Shown: in pieces, positions 38,145-48,254 of the stretch
How the letters are laid out: every line of letters starts with the position of its first letter
Numbering within the stretch: position 1 is the first letter of the stretch
Assembly: GCA_016839765.1 (NCBI GenBank)
Contig: JAEOTP010000016.1
Coordinates: forward strand, 4,027 to 68,026
Source: Promethearchaeota archaeon
Lineage (GTDB): Archaea > Asgardarchaeota > Lokiarchaeia > Sigyniarchaeales > SOKP01
Length of the DNA stretch: 64,000 bases
Direction of reading: 5' to 3'
Notes under the pieces: model-generated
What the model saw: only the letters and a program-made list of their open reading frames with translations
Told to the model about the DNA's origin: nothing
Databases searched by the model: none
Position numbers and translations under genes: made by a program

Positions 38145-39569
38145 ATGGCTAAAACTGGAATGGAAAGATTAAAAGAATTAGAGAAGGAAATATATAAGTG
38201 TATTCACTGTAAAGCATGTAGATTTGCTTATTCGGGAGAGCCCAGTAGAGAAGGGATAGGGGAATATACAGGTAAACAGGGTACAGTTCTTTATGAAGGA
38301 ATGGTTGACGCATGTCCAGCTGGAATAGAATACGGTTGGGAAGCGTTTTGGAACGCCGGTAAAATTTGGATTGCTCGTTCAATTTTAAGCGGAGATTTAG
38401 ATTTTTCTGATGAAGTAAGGGATGTTATAATGCCTTGTATTACTTGTGGACAATGCAGTGCTCAATGTGATAATAAAATTCCAACTGTTGATATTATCGA
38501 ATCATTACGAGCAGCATGTAATGAAGCGGGTATTCCAATGATAGAAAAGCATGAATTAGTGGATAGGCTTGTAAAGGAACTCAATAATCCTTACGGTGGA
38601 AAAGCTGCAGAACGCTTTAAATGGGCAAAAGATGCCGGATTAGAGAAATTTGTTGATAATAAAGAAGCAAAAATTGGCTACTATGTAGGTTGTACTGCAT
38701 CATACCGTCAAGTGGAAGTCGCAATAGCAACTGCGAAACTTTTTGAAATGTTGGGCATCAACTTTACTTTAGTTGGTGATGAGGTATGTTGTGGAAGTCC
38801 TTTCTTTAGAATAGGAGCTGTTGACACTGCACAAGAACTAATGAACAAAAATCTCGAGGCTTTTAAAGGTTTAGAAATGGTTTACTTCAGTTGTGCTGGA
38901 TGTTATAGGACAATCACTTTAGATTATCCAAAATGGATGCCTGAGGGTTCCAAACTACCTTTCAAAACACAACACGCATTTGAATTAGTCACTCGATTAA
39001 TCCAACAAGAAAAAATCAAATTCAAGCCAAATAAAGAGTTAAAAGGAAAGATAGTTACCTATCACGACCCGTGCCATACTGGTCGTCATTTCGGAGTTGA
39101 TTTTGAGCAAGAACTTATCAAACAAAGCAAGAATTTAATGTTCGATATGAGAAAAATCAAAGAGAAAATTGATAAATGGTTTGAAATTCCAAGAATTATT
39201 CTTAGAAAGCTTGAAGAGGATGTTGGAATCGAATTTAGAGAAATGTATCGTATAAAACTGAATAGTATGTGCTGTGGGGCAGGTGGTGGTGTCCGTGCTG
39301 GATATCCTGATTTCTCAATACGCACTGCTAGTTTACGATGTGATGAAGCAAATGCAGTAGAAGCAGATATTTTGACAACCGAATGTCCTTTTTGCTGGAG
39401 GAATCTAACGGATGCTAATGAACTATACAATCATGGCATGAAAGTTATGGGTGTTTTACAAATGATTACTGAATATAATTTATTAGAAATCTTAGATAAT
39501 CCGACTGAAAAAGATTTCTTGACCTCCTCTATAAGGGAACTTGAAGCAGATTCCGAAAAGAAGAAATAA
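38145..39569 (+). CDS. HdrD/GlcF-like Fe-S protein with two CCG domains (intronless paralogue of 12118-13414)
   Basis: CIHCKAC...CP, CITCGQCSAQC, VCCGS, CAGC, YHDPCH, CCGAGGG and ECPFC. Confidence 0.92.
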   Translation: MAKTGMERLKELEKEIYKCIHCKACRFAYSGEPSREGIGEYTGKQGTVLYEGMVDACPAGIEYGWEAFWNAGKIWIARSILSGDLDFSDEVRDVIMPCITCGQCSAQCDNKIPTVDIIESLRAACNEAGIPMIEKHELVDRLVKELNNPYGGKAAERFKWAKDAGLEKFVDNKEAKIGYYVGCTASYRQVEVAIATAKLFEMLGINFTLVGDEVCCGSPFFRIGAVDTAQELMNKNLEAFKGLEMVYFSCAGCYRTITLDYPKWMPEGSKLPFKTQHAFELVTRLIQQEKIKFKPNKELKGKIVTYHDPCHTGRHFGVDFEQELIKQSKNLMFDMRKIKEKIDKWFEIPRIILRKLEEDVGIEFREMYRIKLNSMCCGAGGGVRAGYPDFSIRTASLRCDEANAVEADILTTECPFCWRNLTDANELYNHGMKVMGVLQMITEYNLLEILDNPTEKDFLTSSIRELEADSEKKK

Positions 39570-39776
39570 GGAACTTATTAACTACTAAACTATTTTTTTG
39601 TTTTTCTTATTTTTTATATATTGTCATTTACCTCAAATTTTTCAATTAATAATTGGACAATATTGGGAAAATAGCCAATATTTAAATTGATAGATTTTCT
39701 AGTGTTCTGTTAAGGTATAATTTAAATAATAATTTTAAAATATTATTAAAATAGGAATTCAATTTTGTGAAGGTTT

Positions 39777-41285
39777 ATGAAAAAGAAAAAAGCAATTGCG
39801 ATTATTGCTGCTTTAGTTATTGTAGCGGGAGTAACTACTACGTTACTGCTGGTATTTCTATTTCCCAGTCCAGGAGTATATACAGGTCAAAGGAAAGCAT
39901 TAATCTGCTGTAGTGCAAATGATTTTTTTGGTTCAGAACCTGAGGAACCATTTAATGATGGACATGATTCTAATTTAAATAACATTATTAAAGATGAAGG
40001 GAATTGGTCATTTACTAATATAGAAAATTGTTTAGGACAACATACTATGCTTGAAGCTTATGAAGGGCCTCTAAATGGCAGTTTGCTTATGAAAGCTATT
40101 ATAGATGGACCATTCTCAGGGATTTTTTCTCTTAATTGGACACAATCTGGTTATACTCTTTATGAATATGCTTATTATAATATTTCAGCCATGATTAAAA
40201 TTATAGATACAGGAGGATTAATAGGTAAGGGGGCTCGAATTGGATTACAATGGCTGGATTCCGATGGAGATGTAACTAGAACTGACTGGTCAAATTATAT
40301 TAATAATACAAATTCAGAATGGGCATTTTTAAATTCTACAGGAGTTTGCAATAATGAAACAGGAAAAGAAATAACGGAATTAAAACTTGTGTTATGTGTA
40401 AATTTCACATTATCTATTGCTTTAACAGATTATATTTTCTTTGATTACATCAAAATAGATAAGTGGGTTTTAGTAGATTTAGACAATCCTACTGATCCTG
40501 GTACTCCTCCTCCGCCTCCAGGCATAAATTCAGATGGATTCCCTGCTCAGGCATTACAAGTATATTGGATATTGAAAAATCATGGTTATACAGATGAAAA
40601 TATCTTTTTGATGTTATATTATAAGGATGATGCAGATGGAATTATTGATATTAAGTTAGGTGGTAAACCAGATGATTTAGTTGGTGCAGTTATTGATTTA
40701 GCTAATAACAGTGTAAATGCTACAAGTTTCAAACAAGAGTTAAATGTTTCTTATGCAGGTTCTTTTGCTTCCACCATACAACCACAAGATTATCTAATTA
40801 TATATATGTGTGATCATGGTTCAAATAAAATACCTGGTCAAGCTCCCAATGCTACATTCCATTTTGAAGCGGATAATAGTTTTATTACAGAATTAGAATT
40901 TTATAATTTAGTTAAGCAAATAAATTGTCAGAGAATAATGATAAATGTAGATTGCTGTTTTAGTGGTAATTTTCTAAATCAAAATATTGTTGGTCAGAGC
41001 TGGTATGATATTGAAAATTGTATCATGGTTAGCGCTTCTTCGAATTTACTTGCTTGGTATTATATAAATAATAAAAATCTTGATGGATTTGCAGGTTCCT
41101 GGTTCTTTCATATGTTTTGGGATGCGTTAAATCAGTCTGCGACTATTTACGATGCTTTTAATCATGCCAATATCTGGCCTCCAGCTGCTCGTGGAATGCC
41201 ATTATTTTTGATTCAGAATCCAATGTGGGATGATAATATGGGTATTAATAAAACATTAAGCTTCGATAGCGATCCTCCATTATAG
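39777..41285 (+). CDS. Membrane-anchored C13 (legumain/GPI8-like, caspase-haemoglobinase fold) peptidase with inserted beta-sandwich domain
   Basis: N-terminal TM; GYTDENIFLMLY, catalytic His in IYMCDHGS and Cys in VDCCFSG. Confidence 0.75.
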   Translation: MKKKKAIAIIAALVIVAGVTTTLLLVFLFPSPGVYTGQRKALICCSANDFFGSEPEEPFNDGHDSNLNNIIKDEGNWSFTNIENCLGQHTMLEAYEGPLNGSLLMKAIIDGPFSGIFSLNWTQSGYTLYEYAYYNISAMIKIIDTGGLIGKGARIGLQWLDSDGDVTRTDWSNYINNTNSEWAFLNSTGVCNNETGKEITELKLVLCVNFTLSIALTDYIFFDYIKIDKWVLVDLDNPTDPGTPPPPPGINSDGFPAQALQVYWILKNHGYTDENIFLMLYYKDDADGIIDIKLGGKPDDLVGAVIDLANNSVNATSFKQELNVSYAGSFASTIQPQDYLIIYMCDHGSNKIPGQAPNATFHFEADNSFITELEFYNLVKQINCQRIMINVDCCFSGNFLNQNIVGQSWYDIENCIMVSASSNLLAWYYINNKNLDGFAGSWFFHMFWDALNQSATIYDAFNHANIWPPAARGMPLFLIQNPMWDDNMGINKTLSFDSDPPL

Positions 41286-41426
41286 AGAACTGTATATTTA
41301 ATTTTTATTTTTTTTATCTTTTAGTCTATTTATTAATCATTTTTTGCTACAATTTAGTTCTATCAATGACAAAAAATAAATGTAAAAATTATCATTATAA
41401 TTAAAAGGATTTATGGGGTTTTTTAT

Positions 41427-44400
41427 TTGTCAAACGTAGAAAAGAAAACTGCGTATCCGTATATTACGGAATTCAAAAGAGAACCTTTTGAATCGTTTGT
41501 ACTAATAGATAGGAAAAAAATTGGGAGTTTCCATCTAAGTTATTATAATAAAATCATAAATCTTTATCAATCAAAAGTTAAAACGCTATTTAAAGAGCCT
41601 AGTTTAGACTTAGAGTATTTATATTGGTTTCTCTTATTAGGGAAATATCTGAAAGAGGATCTCACTACTCAAAAACATGAGTTTTATGCTTTCATTAAAA
41701 ATTGTGAAGTGGATATTTTAGAGAAGCATCAAATAAGTTTTAAATTAAATCCTCAATCTAAAGCTGTACCTGATATTTGGTCTTTATATTATGCCCTATC
41801 TAGTTTGCATATATTAGGATTGCTAGAAGAATATCTTCTCTCAAAAGGAAGTAATGATCTTGTAAGAAAAGTTAAAAATTTTATATATGAACATAAAAAA
41901 GGTGAAATTTTTCTCCACTGTCTTGATAAACAATGTGATATTCATAAAAAACCATTTTCTTCAAAGACTTTTTATTATATCCTTGAAATTCTCACACTTA
42001 TAGGTTCAGATGTTAGAGTATTTAAAGAACAATTCCGTATATATTTGAATAGCAGAAAAAAAATTCCTTCCATGCTATTCAAATATCTATCTCTTAAGTA
42101 TTTAAATCTGGATTTAGAAGTAAAAGATAAAGAGCTTCAATATTTCCATCAATTTCAAAAATATGATGGTGGATTTAACTTCTCTAACGGAGAAGGAAAT
42201 ATAGATGATACTTTTTGGATAATTTATACTTTTGATCATTTTTCATGGCTAATGGATTACAACCCTGCCAGAATCTATTCATTCATCAACGAAAATATTC
42301 AAACACTTTTTGAAAGTAGTAATGAACAAGCTTCACTCATATTCCTTAATTTGTCCAAGGTCACAATACTTTTATCTTTTATATGGAAAAAGTTTATTGG
42401 AGAGATTGAAAGGCTGATTTTTAAAGAAATAGAAAAAAATGGATTCGTAGATATTAAACACATAAAAACAGCTTTTGGATTAACCCATGGAATTGAAGAG
42501 ATCATCCTATATATTAATTTAAGTTATAATTTTAAGCTAAAAATCATAAGTAATACATTAGAATTTAATAATTTTCTTATAACCCTCAATGATGGATTAA
42601 AAGTAATTGCGAATGAAATATGTAATCAGTTAAAGGAAAATAGCATAATATCTCTTTCTGACATTCTAAAGAATTATAAATCATCTTATCATTTTGAATC
42701 ATTGAAAATGAAAGAGGATATTATTCCTCTAATTAATGATATGATGGAAAAGAATTTTTTCAAGGGAAATATTCGAACTAAATCAAAATTTCTAGGAAAA
42801 TCAAAATATTACTTTTACTTGGATTTTCTTCTAGATGATGTTATAACTTCTGACATGAAAATAAATACAGAGAAGGTATTAGAAGAAAAAGAAAAATTGG
42901 GTGATATTAAGAATGATATCTATAATATGACTTTAATTTTAAAAAATACCTCCACACAGATTAAAGAAGAAATTGAATCCTATTTACTTCTAGACGAAAT
43001 CGACTATGCAAAAGAACGATTGAGATTTATTTTGAGAAATGCATTATTGGAAGCTGATTTTCTAAATGAAAATATTGAAAATTCATTTAGTCAAGATATG
43101 AGATATATCAATATTCAAGCAGTATTAGCAACTGAAATTAATCAATGGAAAAAAGCATACTCTATAATGCAGAAGAAGCTAAATGCAGTTGAGAAATATT
43201 TAAAAGAAAAAATTTCCGAAAAAGAAGAATTAAAAAAATTTAATGTTATTTTAGATGAATTAAATAATAGAATTTTTGAAATTGGGGAATTTATTAAAAA
43301 AGAATTAGATTCATTTAGAAAATATTTTAGAGAGAAGCTTGAATCTGGTTTTATTAACGATAAATATAATTTAATAATTGGTGAATTTAATAAAATCTCG
43401 AATTATGTAGAGAAGTATGATCATACAATTTATAAAATATCACAACAAATTACGATAAAAGAAGAGAAAGTTTTCAAGAAACATAAGGGAATTATCGATA
43501 ATTGGGTTAACTTAAAAGAAGAATTTGAGTCGATCTTCAATTATTATGCTGAAGGATTTAAATTTTTCGAGCAAACAATTGAAAAAATTGATGGAATTAA
43601 TGATGAAACTGAAAAAGAAATATCTTATATAAAACAAAAAGCAGATGAAAAAATTTCTCAGAATCAATTCAAAGAAGCTTTTGAGATTATAAAAAAGGAT
43701 TCTGAAAGCTTATTAAATCAAAAAATAAAGGAAATAAAGGATCTCAAAATAATTGTCTTAAATCAAATTAAAGCTAATCAAAAACTATTCCTTCTTTTTC
43801 AATATTTAAAAGAAAAATTGGATGTAATAGAAGAATCAATTATAAATTTGGTAGCAGAACAAGTTCAATCGCTAAAGGATGAAGTATTGGAAGAGAGAAA
43901 TAGGGCTAAAATTGAAGATTTTGATAATTTTATATCTGAACAAATTCAGAGATTCAAGATTAGATTAAAATTTTACAAAACTAAACTAAGTGAAGCAAAA
44001 AGTATAAAAATCAAGGATGTAATTGATGGCTTTGACAGAATAATCATAGAATTAGATGATAAGTATAAAATCTTCTTGAAAAAATTAAATAATTTAAAAA
44101 CAATAATACAAAATTTTGATCAAAATTCGATTACAGTTATCCAATGGGAAAATTTTTATGATTATCTAACAACTGAGATTAATAATTTGAAAGAGAATCA
44201 TGTTAATCAAATTATCATTAGTGAAATAGAGATCTGGTCTAAAGAGAAAAAAACTAATAAAGTAGATATAACAGAGCTTGCAAATAAATTAAATTTAAAA
44301 TGCAAATCAGTAATACCTCTCATTAAAGAAATGATAGAATTCTCTAAAATTGAGGGTGATTTAAATGAAGAAAAGAAATCAATGATTGTTCATAATGATG

Positions 44401-45833
44401 ATTATTATAAAAATAAGGAATTAAACACTTATATTGATACTAAGCTTTTGAAATTTCATCAAGAAAAAATTGGGAAGATTTTAGCACTCTATGATTCAGG
44501 AGTTAGAAATAAAAAATTAGCAGTTAATATACTAGAACTAGAGAATAGAATCAAAGAATATTCAGATTTAGAGAACAAAATTAGAATTCAATATGAAGAT
44601 AAAGTAAACCAACTTCAAATTATTGAAGAGAGAGAAGAAAATCTTAACACTAAAAAAGAACTAGAAAATATAATAACAAATGGAAAGATGGCAATTCAAA
44701 AAATAAAAGCCAATTTAAATTTCTTTAATGAGTTCCAAATTTTTATTTCAGAAGAATATAATTTATTAACATTAGATTTTGTGAATAACCTTATCAAAGC
44801 TTTTGAAAATATCGAACATTTTGGTTCTTATGTAAAAGCTATTGAACATTTTGAATCTAAAAAAAGTAAATTTGATGTTAAGGTAAAACATATTGAGGAA
44901 AAGATTAATGAAAAACTAAAAGGGTCACTAACTAAAAATTCTAGTTTCAAACGGCTCGAAACTGAAATAAGGGAGTTTTATGTCCTCAAAAAGAATGAAT
45001 TTGGAGCTTTTTACAAAGCTAAATTGGATAAAATCAATGAAGATATTAATATATTGAAGGATGATACCTACCGAAGTGAATTATTAGACAAAATAAATAA
45101 AATAAAAATACGTTTAAGTCAATTATTAGGAACACTTCAGACTAGAGTTGAAGATTACATAGAATATAAAGAATTTAAAAGAGCTCATGTGAAAGTACAA
45201 AAAAGAGAAAAGAAAATCGAGGTAGAAATTAGAGACGTTTCAAAAAACATAAAAAATTTAGTTAGAGAATATGAAAGAAAGTCAAAGAATTTCGAAACTA
45301 AGAATAGGTATTTACTAGATGATTTTGAGCAGTTTATTAAAGGTTTTCATGATTTAATGAATGAAAAAGTTAAATCTCTAGATGAGATGATAATCAAATC
45401 ATATGTTTCAATGGCGATTAAAGCTGTGGCAGACCAATATTTGACAATAAGCTTTTTACAGAACGAGTTAAAAATAAAGAAACAGAAAATTCAAGAGCAT
45501 TTAATTTCTTTAATAAGTTCAGGGAAATTAGAAGGAAAATATGATCCTCGTATTGGATTGTATTATGAAAATCCAGATCTATTAGATAAAGTAGATGAAT
45601 CTGAACTAGAGGTTATGAAGAAAATGAATTTTAGATTTTATATGTTCTGGAGGCGCCTAAGGAGTTTTGCAAGCCAAAACTATAGTATATTTGCATTCCT
45701 AGCGGCAATTTTATCTATTACCCTCTCATTATTCAATTTTACCGGTCCAGCTATATTTATACTATTATTCGTTTTAGTAATAATACTTGCTTTATATCTA
45801 TTAATTAAACGAAAAAAGCAAGAAAAAATCTGA
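41427..45833 (+). CDS. 1468-aa tail-anchored protein: prenyltransferase-like repeats, coiled coils, PCI-like winged-helix domains, C-terminal TM
   Basis: PDIWSLYYALSSL and QFQKYDGGF...IDDTFW repeats, long K/E-rich heptads, wH-like VDITELANKLNL..I and FLQNELKI...LISLISSGKLEGKYD, and a hydrophobic C-terminus followed by KRKK. Confidence 0.7.
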   Translation: MSNVEKKTAYPYITEFKREPFESFVLIDRKKIGSFHLSYYNKIINLYQSKVKTLFKEPSLDLEYLYWFLLLGKYLKEDLTTQKHEFYAFIKNCEVDILEKHQISFKLNPQSKAVPDIWSLYYALSSLHILGLLEEYLLSKGSNDLVRKVKNFIYEHKKGEIFLHCLDKQCDIHKKPFSSKTFYYILEILTLIGSDVRVFKEQFRIYLNSRKKIPSMLFKYLSLKYLNLDLEVKDKELQYFHQFQKYDGGFNFSNGEGNIDDTFWIIYTFDHFSWLMDYNPARIYSFINENIQTLFESSNEQASLIFLNLSKVTILLSFIWKKFIGEIERLIFKEIEKNGFVDIKHIKTAFGLTHGIEEIILYINLSYNFKLKIISNTLEFNNFLITLNDGLKVIANEICNQLKENSIISLSDILKNYKSSYHFESLKMKEDIIPLINDMMEKNFFKGNIRTKSKFLGKSKYYFYLDFLLDDVITSDMKINTEKVLEEKEKLGDIKNDIYNMTLILKNTSTQIKEEIESYLLLDEIDYAKERLRFILRNALLEADFLNENIENSFSQDMRYINIQAVLATEINQWKKAYSIMQKKLNAVEKYLKEKISEKEELKKFNVILDELNNRIFEIGEFIKKELDSFRKYFREKLESGFINDKYNLIIGEFNKISNYVEKYDHTIYKISQQITIKEEKVFKKHKGIIDNWVNLKEEFESIFNYYAEGFKFFEQTIEKIDGINDETEKEISYIKQKADEKISQNQFKEAFEIIKKDSESLLNQKIKEIKDLKIIVLNQIKANQKLFLLFQYLKEKLDVIEESIINLVAEQVQSLKDEVLEERNRAKIEDFDNFISEQIQRFKIRLKFYKTKLSEAKSIKIKDVIDGFDRIIIELDDKYKIFLKKLNNLKTIIQNFDQNSITVIQWENFYDYLTTEINNLKENHVNQIIISEIEIWSKEKKTNKVDITELANKLNLKCKSVIPLIKEMIEFSKIEGDLNEEKKSMIVHNDDYYKNKELNTYIDTKLLKFHQEKIGKILALYDSGVRNKKLAVNILELENRIKEYSDLENKIRIQYEDKVNQLQIIEEREENLNTKKELENIITNGKMAIQKIKANLNFFNEFQIFISEEYNLLTLDFVNNLIKAFENIEHFGSYVKAIEHFESKKSKFDVKVKHIEEKINEKLKGSLTKNSSFKRLETEIREFYVLKKNEFGAFYKAKLDKINEDINILKDDTYRSELLDKINKIKIRLSQLLGTLQTRVEDYIEYKEFKRAHVKVQKREKKIEVEIRDVSKNIKNLVREYERKSKNFETKNRYLLDDFEQFIKGFHDLMNEKVKSLDEMIIKSYVSMAIKAVADQYLTISFLQNELKIKKQKIQEHLISLISSGKLEGKYDPRIGLYYENPDLLDKVDESELEVMKKMNFRFYMFWRRLRSFASQNYSIFAFLAAILSITLSLFNFTGPAIFILLFVLVIILALYLLIKRKKQEKI

Positions 45834-45856
45834 TTTTCAAATTATATTGACTCTTC

Positions 45857-48010
45857 TTATTCACAATCGGAAATTAATTGGACCATTTCAGCTTGTTTAT
45901 TAATATAACCTAAATAACATGCTTGATTAAAATGTATATAAAATTTATCGTCATAGATCTCTTCTGCGCGGGCAAGATCCTGAAATGCTGAAAAGTTGAG
46001 TATTCCATTTTGCCCATAAATTTTTATTATATTTATGAGAGTTCTTATATTCTTATTTATACTATGATTTTTTTTCTTAAATTGATTAATTTTGCTTCCT
46101 TTTATTTTTAATAAAGATTTTTTTAATTTACCTTTATCTAATTTAATTAAATCATTGATATGTATTATTCCATATTCTTTAAATTCTTGACATTCATTAC
46201 TTTTAGCAAAATTGTCAATTTCTGTAATAATATCTTCAAGCGAACGATTAGCAAGAATTAATTTTTCTCTCTCTCTACGTTCTTTAAAATTTTTGATAAA
46301 ATCTAAGTTATCAACATAAATTATTCTTTTTTGAAAATCAATTTCATGCCTTTCAAGATTTTTGCTTAATTCTAAAGTTGTGGGTTTTGAAAGAATATAA
46401 TTCATTGTCTTTTCCTTTCGAGTGGCAACTTTATGAAAAGGCACATCTACAGTTCCTTCAGTAATAAGGATGTAGCATCTACCTGAAGATTTTCTTCCAG
46501 TTCTTCCTCTTCTTTGAATTAAACGAATTTCAGATGGAACGGGTTCATAGAAAATTATTGCATCTACATTTGGAATATCAAGACCTTCTTCTGCCACACT
46601 AGTTGCGATTAATATATTGATTTCTCCCGATCTAAATTTATCAAGAATATCTAATTGCTTGTATTGAGAAAATCCAAAATCATTAAACTTAGATGCTTGA
46701 CCAATAAATTTCTCTACTTTTAATTTTGTTTTAAATTGATTTGTGATTTTATTTTTTAGATACTCTGCCATTTCGCGAAATTGGGTGAAAATTAAGATTT
46801 TATGATTGTTGTATTCTTGAAATTCCTCTTGAATTATTGATATCACTTTTTCTATTTTAGGATGAGATAATTGCTCATCTGATGTATTTCCTAGCAGATT
46901 TTCTATGAATTTATAGTGTTCTGAATTAATAATTCTTTTTGCTGATAATATATCCTTATCTGACTTTGATTTTATTCTTTCTAAGAACGATTTAAATAAG
47001 GAGTAATTTTGGGTTTCAAGTAAATCTTTACCATGAAGAAGACTAATACAACTAGAACAATAAGAATAAACGGTTTGAATGTTAAGCGCTTCTTCTCTAA
47101 TTATATCAATAACCTTTGGGACTTGATAATATAATAAACTGATATAATCTTCCTCTGATAAGTCAGGTTCATACCCGTTTTCATATCTTAATGATAAAGT
47201 TAAATCTCGAGCGATTCCTAGAAACTCTACTTTTGAATAATACTTTTTATTGGGGACAATTAATTTCCAATCGAAAAATAGTCTTAAATATCTCTCAAAT
47301 AAGTTATACCAAATAGCACTAATTTCCAAAACCTTAATTGGAACATTTACAAACTCTAAAAAAGTATTAATATTATAGATGTATTTTTTTACATCCCCGT
47401 CATCATAGGATTTGAAGATAACATTTTCAATGAATAGATTATCACATAATTGTTGGATGCATGAATAATCTTTACCTGGAGATGCTGTTAATGCTAATAT
47501 TAATGGATCTGAACATGTATTTATATATTCATTTGAAATGAAATTATAAGCATAATTGCCTTTAGTTCGATGTCCTTCATCAAAAATTAATAAAGAGATA
47601 TGTTTTAGATTGTATCTACCTCTTTCAATATCATTTTTAATCACTTGAGGAGTAGAAATTATCACTTTTGAGTTATTAAATAGAGTTATTCTTTTTTCTG
47701 GCTGAATTTTTCCTGTAAATGCAGTAATCTTTTCTATCTCAATATCTAAAAATTTTTGGCATGATGATTTATGTTGAGAAACTAATGGTCTAGTGGGAGC
47801 TAAAATTATTATTTTTGACTTTGGGTACTTTTCTAAAGATTTTGCGATGAGTAAAATGCCAATAATTGTCTTTCCTAAACCAGTTGGTAAAACAACCAGA
47901 GTATTTTTATTGGTACATCGTTTTACAATGTTCTCTTGATAGTGTCGATAAATTACTTTGTTCTCTTTCAAGAAAGATTCATTAAAATACTCCAGTTTTT
48001 GACTTTGCAT
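45857..48010 (-). CDS. Hef/FANCM-like SF2 helicase without recognisable ERCC4 nuclease domain
   Basis: VLPTGLGKT, LAPTRPLV.QH, STPQ, DEGHR, LTASPG, ATSVAEEGLDIP and IQRRGRTGR. Confidence 0.9.
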   Translation of the reverse strand: MQSQKLEYFNESFLKENKVIYRHYQENIVKRCTNKNTLVVLPTGLGKTIIGILLIAKSLEKYPKSKIIILAPTRPLVSQHKSSCQKFLDIEIEKITAFTGKIQPEKRITLFNNSKVIISTPQVIKNDIERGRYNLKHISLLIFDEGHRTKGNYAYNFISNEYINTCSDPLILALTASPGKDYSCIQQLCDNLFIENVIFKSYDDGDVKKYIYNINTFLEFVNVPIKVLEISAIWYNLFERYLRLFFDWKLIVPNKKYYSKVEFLGIARDLTLSLRYENGYEPDLSEEDYISLLYYQVPKVIDIIREEALNIQTVYSYCSSCISLLHGKDLLETQNYSLFKSFLERIKSKSDKDILSAKRIINSEHYKFIENLLGNTSDEQLSHPKIEKVISIIQEEFQEYNNHKILIFTQFREMAEYLKNKITNQFKTKLKVEKFIGQASKFNDFGFSQYKQLDILDKFRSGEINILIATSVAEEGLDIPNVDAIIFYEPVPSEIRLIQRRGRTGRKSSGRCYILITEGTVDVPFHKVATRKEKTMNYILSKPTTLELSKNLERHEIDFQKRIIYVDNLDFIKNFKERREREKLILANRSLEDIITEIDNFAKSNECQEFKEYGIIHINDLIKLDKGKLKKSLLKIKGSKINQFKKKNHSINKNIRTLINIIKIYGQNGILNFSAFQDLARAEEIYDDKFYIHFNQACYLGYINKQAEMVQLISDCE

Positions 48011-48254
48011 GTTAAGGAAAACTTTACATAATTCTATTTAAAAGAGACAACTCTGAAAGATTTTTATAAAATAGGGTAGAATATTATTTTAACCAATTGA
48101 CATAATTTTTGAGAAAAATGACAGAAACTAGTTTTAACAAGTTAACTTGTTAATTGAAATTACCATCCTAATTATAGCTTTAAATAATATCTTCTCTAAA
48201 TTATATTTAGAAATATTAGATATCTAATTTTAATTCAATAGAGTTTATAGAATC

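Noticed and set aside
38230-38310. Insertion in the first ferredoxin motif of the second CCG protein as an intron
   Set aside because: It is purine-rich, in frame and stop-free, with no stem-loop.
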